Positions 60,797-64,000 of a DNA stretch of 64,000 nucleotides are shown in pieces. Location of the stretch: the NCBI GenBank assembly GCA_951406725.2, contig OX597818.1, positions 97,092,001-97,156,000 of the forward strand, read 5' to 3'. How positions within the stretch are numbered: the first letter of the stretch is position 1; every line of letters starts with the position of its first letter. The notes below the pieces were generated by a model. It saw nothing but the letters and a program-made list of their open reading frames with translations, ran no database searches and was not told the DNA's origin. The stretch is from Octopus vulgaris. Lineage: Eukaryota. The position numbers and the translations under genes are program-made.

Positions 60797-62366
60797 ACCT
60801 ATTGAGTCAAGTACATCAACACCAATATAAAAATCAAATGGAAATTGTAGTTGTGATACCCATGCCAGTGGCACATAAAAAGCACCATCTGAACGTGGCT
60901 GATGCCAGCGCCGCCTTGGCTAGCTTCCATGCTGGTGGCACGTAAAAAGCATCAACCAGTTGTGGCCGTTGCTAGTCTCTTCTGGCCTCTGTGCTGGTGG
61001 CACATAAAAAGCACCCACTACACTCACGGAGTGGTTGGCGTTAGGAAGGGCATCCAGCTGTAGAAACACTGCCAGATCAGACTGGAGCCTGGTGCAGCCT
61101 CCTGGCTTCCCAGACCCCGGTCGAACCGTCCAACCCATGCTAGCCTGGAAAATGGACGTTAAACAATGATGATGATGATGTTGATATAAACATGCGTACG
61201 TACATACATTCACACACAAACTATAATATTTTGCTTACTACAATGTTTATACATTTGAGTGTTATGCTTTCAATAACCTTAACTATGGGGTGAAATGTGT
61301 CACTTAATATATCCCTGTTAAGTCTCCATCTCCAATGACCTTTCTGATATCATCTCAACGTTCTATCACTTATCCTGCTATTCATTCAGCTCCCATCACT
61401 CAACCCTATCACACGTTTCATCACTCAACCATATCACTCATTACTCAGCCACTCACCTCTCTATCACTCATCATCTCTCTACCAACCCCCTCTTTCAGTT
61501 ACTGCACAATATTTCCCATCTACTGGAGATGGTATTAGATTTGTCTGACCTCATCTCTCTCTCTCTCTCTCCCTTTCTCTCTCCCTCCATCTCTCTCTCT
61601 CCCTCCATCTCTCTCTCTCCCTCCATCTCTCTCTCTCCCTCTCACGCACACATGTATACATACTTGCAATTGTTTATTAGCCACAAAATCTCACATTGAT
61701 GGAGATGAAAAGCTGTACCCTCCCATAACCTCCTCAGGCCTATTACAAAGGTAAGTTAAGAGATTCTAATTGGTCATCAAAAATCCGGTCTTAGGCTGTT
61801 GACTGAATAATTAATGCCACATCAGAATTGCCTGTGCATGTACACACACATACATGGATGTGCACACATATGTGTATGCATGCACCCACATGCTTTGATT
61901 TTTAAGTGACACACATGCAGTTAACATTTCAGACACACACAAAAGACAACTACAGTTTATACTTTCCTTCTATTTCTAGATCAATATTGATCCCTTGGGA
62001 GGGATTTACATAACTATATTATAACTTTAAAACCGCTACTTATCTATGATTTGAACATTCCAGTATGTGATGTAATCCTCTCCTCTAATAGGATTAGGGA
62101 TTTATTAATCAAGTATTAACTGACAATATTTAAATTTACTCGTCCACCATCAATCATTTAATTCAGAGAATTCAAATCACAGCTAAATCTTAGCTAACAG
62201 CAATTTTGTTACAAACTGTCTGAACACAGTGTTGCTTTTAAGGTTTTTTTTCAGCCTCTATATCTTGAATTCACATCATGGTACTGATGTTGCATTGTGT
62301 TTTTCTAAATTAGAGAGTACTTAATTCCCACCTACACAATTTTTCTTTCTTTTCTTTCTTGAGTTT

Positions 62367-62617
62367 GTGGAGGTGCGTAGCTTTGTGGTTAGGGTGTCAG
62401 CATCATGATTATAAGATTGTGGTTTCGATTCCTGGACCGGGTGACGTGTTGTGTTCTTGAGCAAAACACTTCATTTCATGTTGCTCCAGTCCACTCAGCT
62501 GGCAAAAATGAGTAATGCTGCAATGGACTGGCGTCCCATCCAGCTGGGGAACACATACGTCATAGAAACTGGGAAACTGGGTCCATGAGCCTGGCTAGGC
62601 TTTAAAAGGGTGCATTT
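62367..62617 (+). mobile_element. tRNA-derived SINE family B (also 29270-29515 - and 54240-54485 -)
   Basis: A/B-box-like gtggttagg..gtttcgattcc head; three highly similar 250-bp copies ending ggctttaaaagggtgcattt. Confidence 0.88.
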
Positions 62618-62851
62618 CTTTCTTGAGTTACTTCAATTTATATCTTAACAATCAAGTTGTGGCTGCTATGTTTTATTTTGTGTACTGTGCATGTTCTTTT
62701 GGCTTTCATTGCTGTTTTTCTTTACTTGACTTATTGCCACAATCTATCTCTAATAATCTAATAAGGTAGTGCATCAGCTAATAAGGTAGTGTCTTACTTC
62801 TTGAGAAACAGATGCCCTCAACCACCATAAAATTCACTTCCAGTTTTATCC

Positions 62852-63371
62852 TTAACCCTTTAGTGTTCACATTATTCTGCCAAAACTAATGCTTTTTCAT
62901 CCACATTGTTTTGAACTAATCAGGTATTATCTTGTAGCTATGAGATTTTGATGAGGTAGCTGTTAATTTTTAAGATGATATTGTAGGGTTGGTGTGAGAG
63001 AACAGATATGGCCAGTCTGAACATAAAACAGGCAGAATACTTTTGGCCGGATATGGCCGGTTTAAATGCTAAAGAGTTAAACAAACAGTCGTACCAGCAA
63101 GAGAAAGTGCAGTTGGATGCTGTACATCAAAGTGTCATATTTTCCTTAACTGCTTAGCATTCAGATTACTTTGTCAAATGCAATGCTTATTAATTCACAT
63201 CATTTTGAATTAATCATGCATAATTTTGTAGCTTTGAAATTTTGGTACAATTGTATGTTTTTAGAATGACATTGTATGGTAGGTGTGAAAGACCAGATCA
63301 GGGCAATCTGAATGTAAAACAGGTAGAATATTTGAGCCGGATATTGGCTGGTTTAAATGCTAAAAGGTTAA
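62852..63371. mobile_element. Two adjacent TTAA MITEs of family 1 (62852-63080, 63146-63371)
   Basis: Same internal sequence and TTAA-bounded TIRs as 15752 and 16362. Confidence 0.8.
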
Positions 63372-64000
63372 ACTGAAATCTTGTTTGAACGCTTGCAACA
63401 GAGTGGACTCCATTTAACCCTTTTGTTTCTCTATTTCTGTTGAACTACATTGCCTCTGTTTAAATTAATTTTGGAAATAAAGAAGATTTTAGTAAAATAA
63501 CTTTGTCATCATTTAGCTGGTGTTTGGAACATAGATTAGCATGAAATTTAAATTGAGGGTTTTAATTTAAAACACTTCAAAACATAATGGGCCAAGGGTA
63601 ATCTCAGGCAGGTTTGTATTAAAACGATTAAGGAACTAGAGGGCTCTAGTTGTGGAAAACTGGGTGGTTAATTAAGTCCACAACAAATGTTTGTGTGTGC
63701 GTGTGTGTGTGTGTGTGTATATATCTACACACATACACACATACACACACACACATTACACAAGTTTACATGAATGTGTGTGTCTGACGGTGTACTTTTA
63801 AAGTAGTATATCATGAATAAGTTTATAAATGTACAGTACATACAGATAATTAGGTGATTAAGACACCTATGTTATTAGTTGTCTATGAAAGATTAACTAA
63901 ATTATGATAAGTTCTATGTTATAAGAGGCCCAAATGGTAAAGATTGATAATCATTTATGATTTTTAGCTTCTACTGACTACACTTTAAGCTACAATTTGG

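Overview
AT-rich, repeat-dense eukaryotic (animal) genomic DNA. The SINE, RTE and MITE repertoire looks like Octopus/coleoid cephalopod; this is an inference from repeat appearance, not a database result. Nearly all ORF-track entries are spurious or transposon-derived. One intron-rich + strand gene can be assembled by hand from 13 GT-AG, phase-compatible exons (21826-51153, 625 codons plus TGA). It encodes a C-terminal STARD9-like START lipid-transfer domain, preceded by a second, degenerate START-like domain and a Ser-rich linker. Several small candidate 5' exons lie at 3437-19636. The rest is a transposon mosaic: mariner/Tc1 copies, a 3-kb Helitron with intact termini, hAT and piggyBac-type MITEs with TSDs, RTE and CR1/Jockey-like LINE pieces, a HERO/NeSL-like RLE fragment, and at least three tRNA-derived SINE families. 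The most unusual non-genic signals are a degenerate minimal hammerhead ribozyme in a (TA)n-flanked insert (10449-10496, -), several long intronic palindromes, and a YY1/NRF1/ETS motif cluster at about 57930-58020. I see no convincing wholly new system. Repeat boundaries are read by eye and approximate unless a TSD or TIR is quoted.
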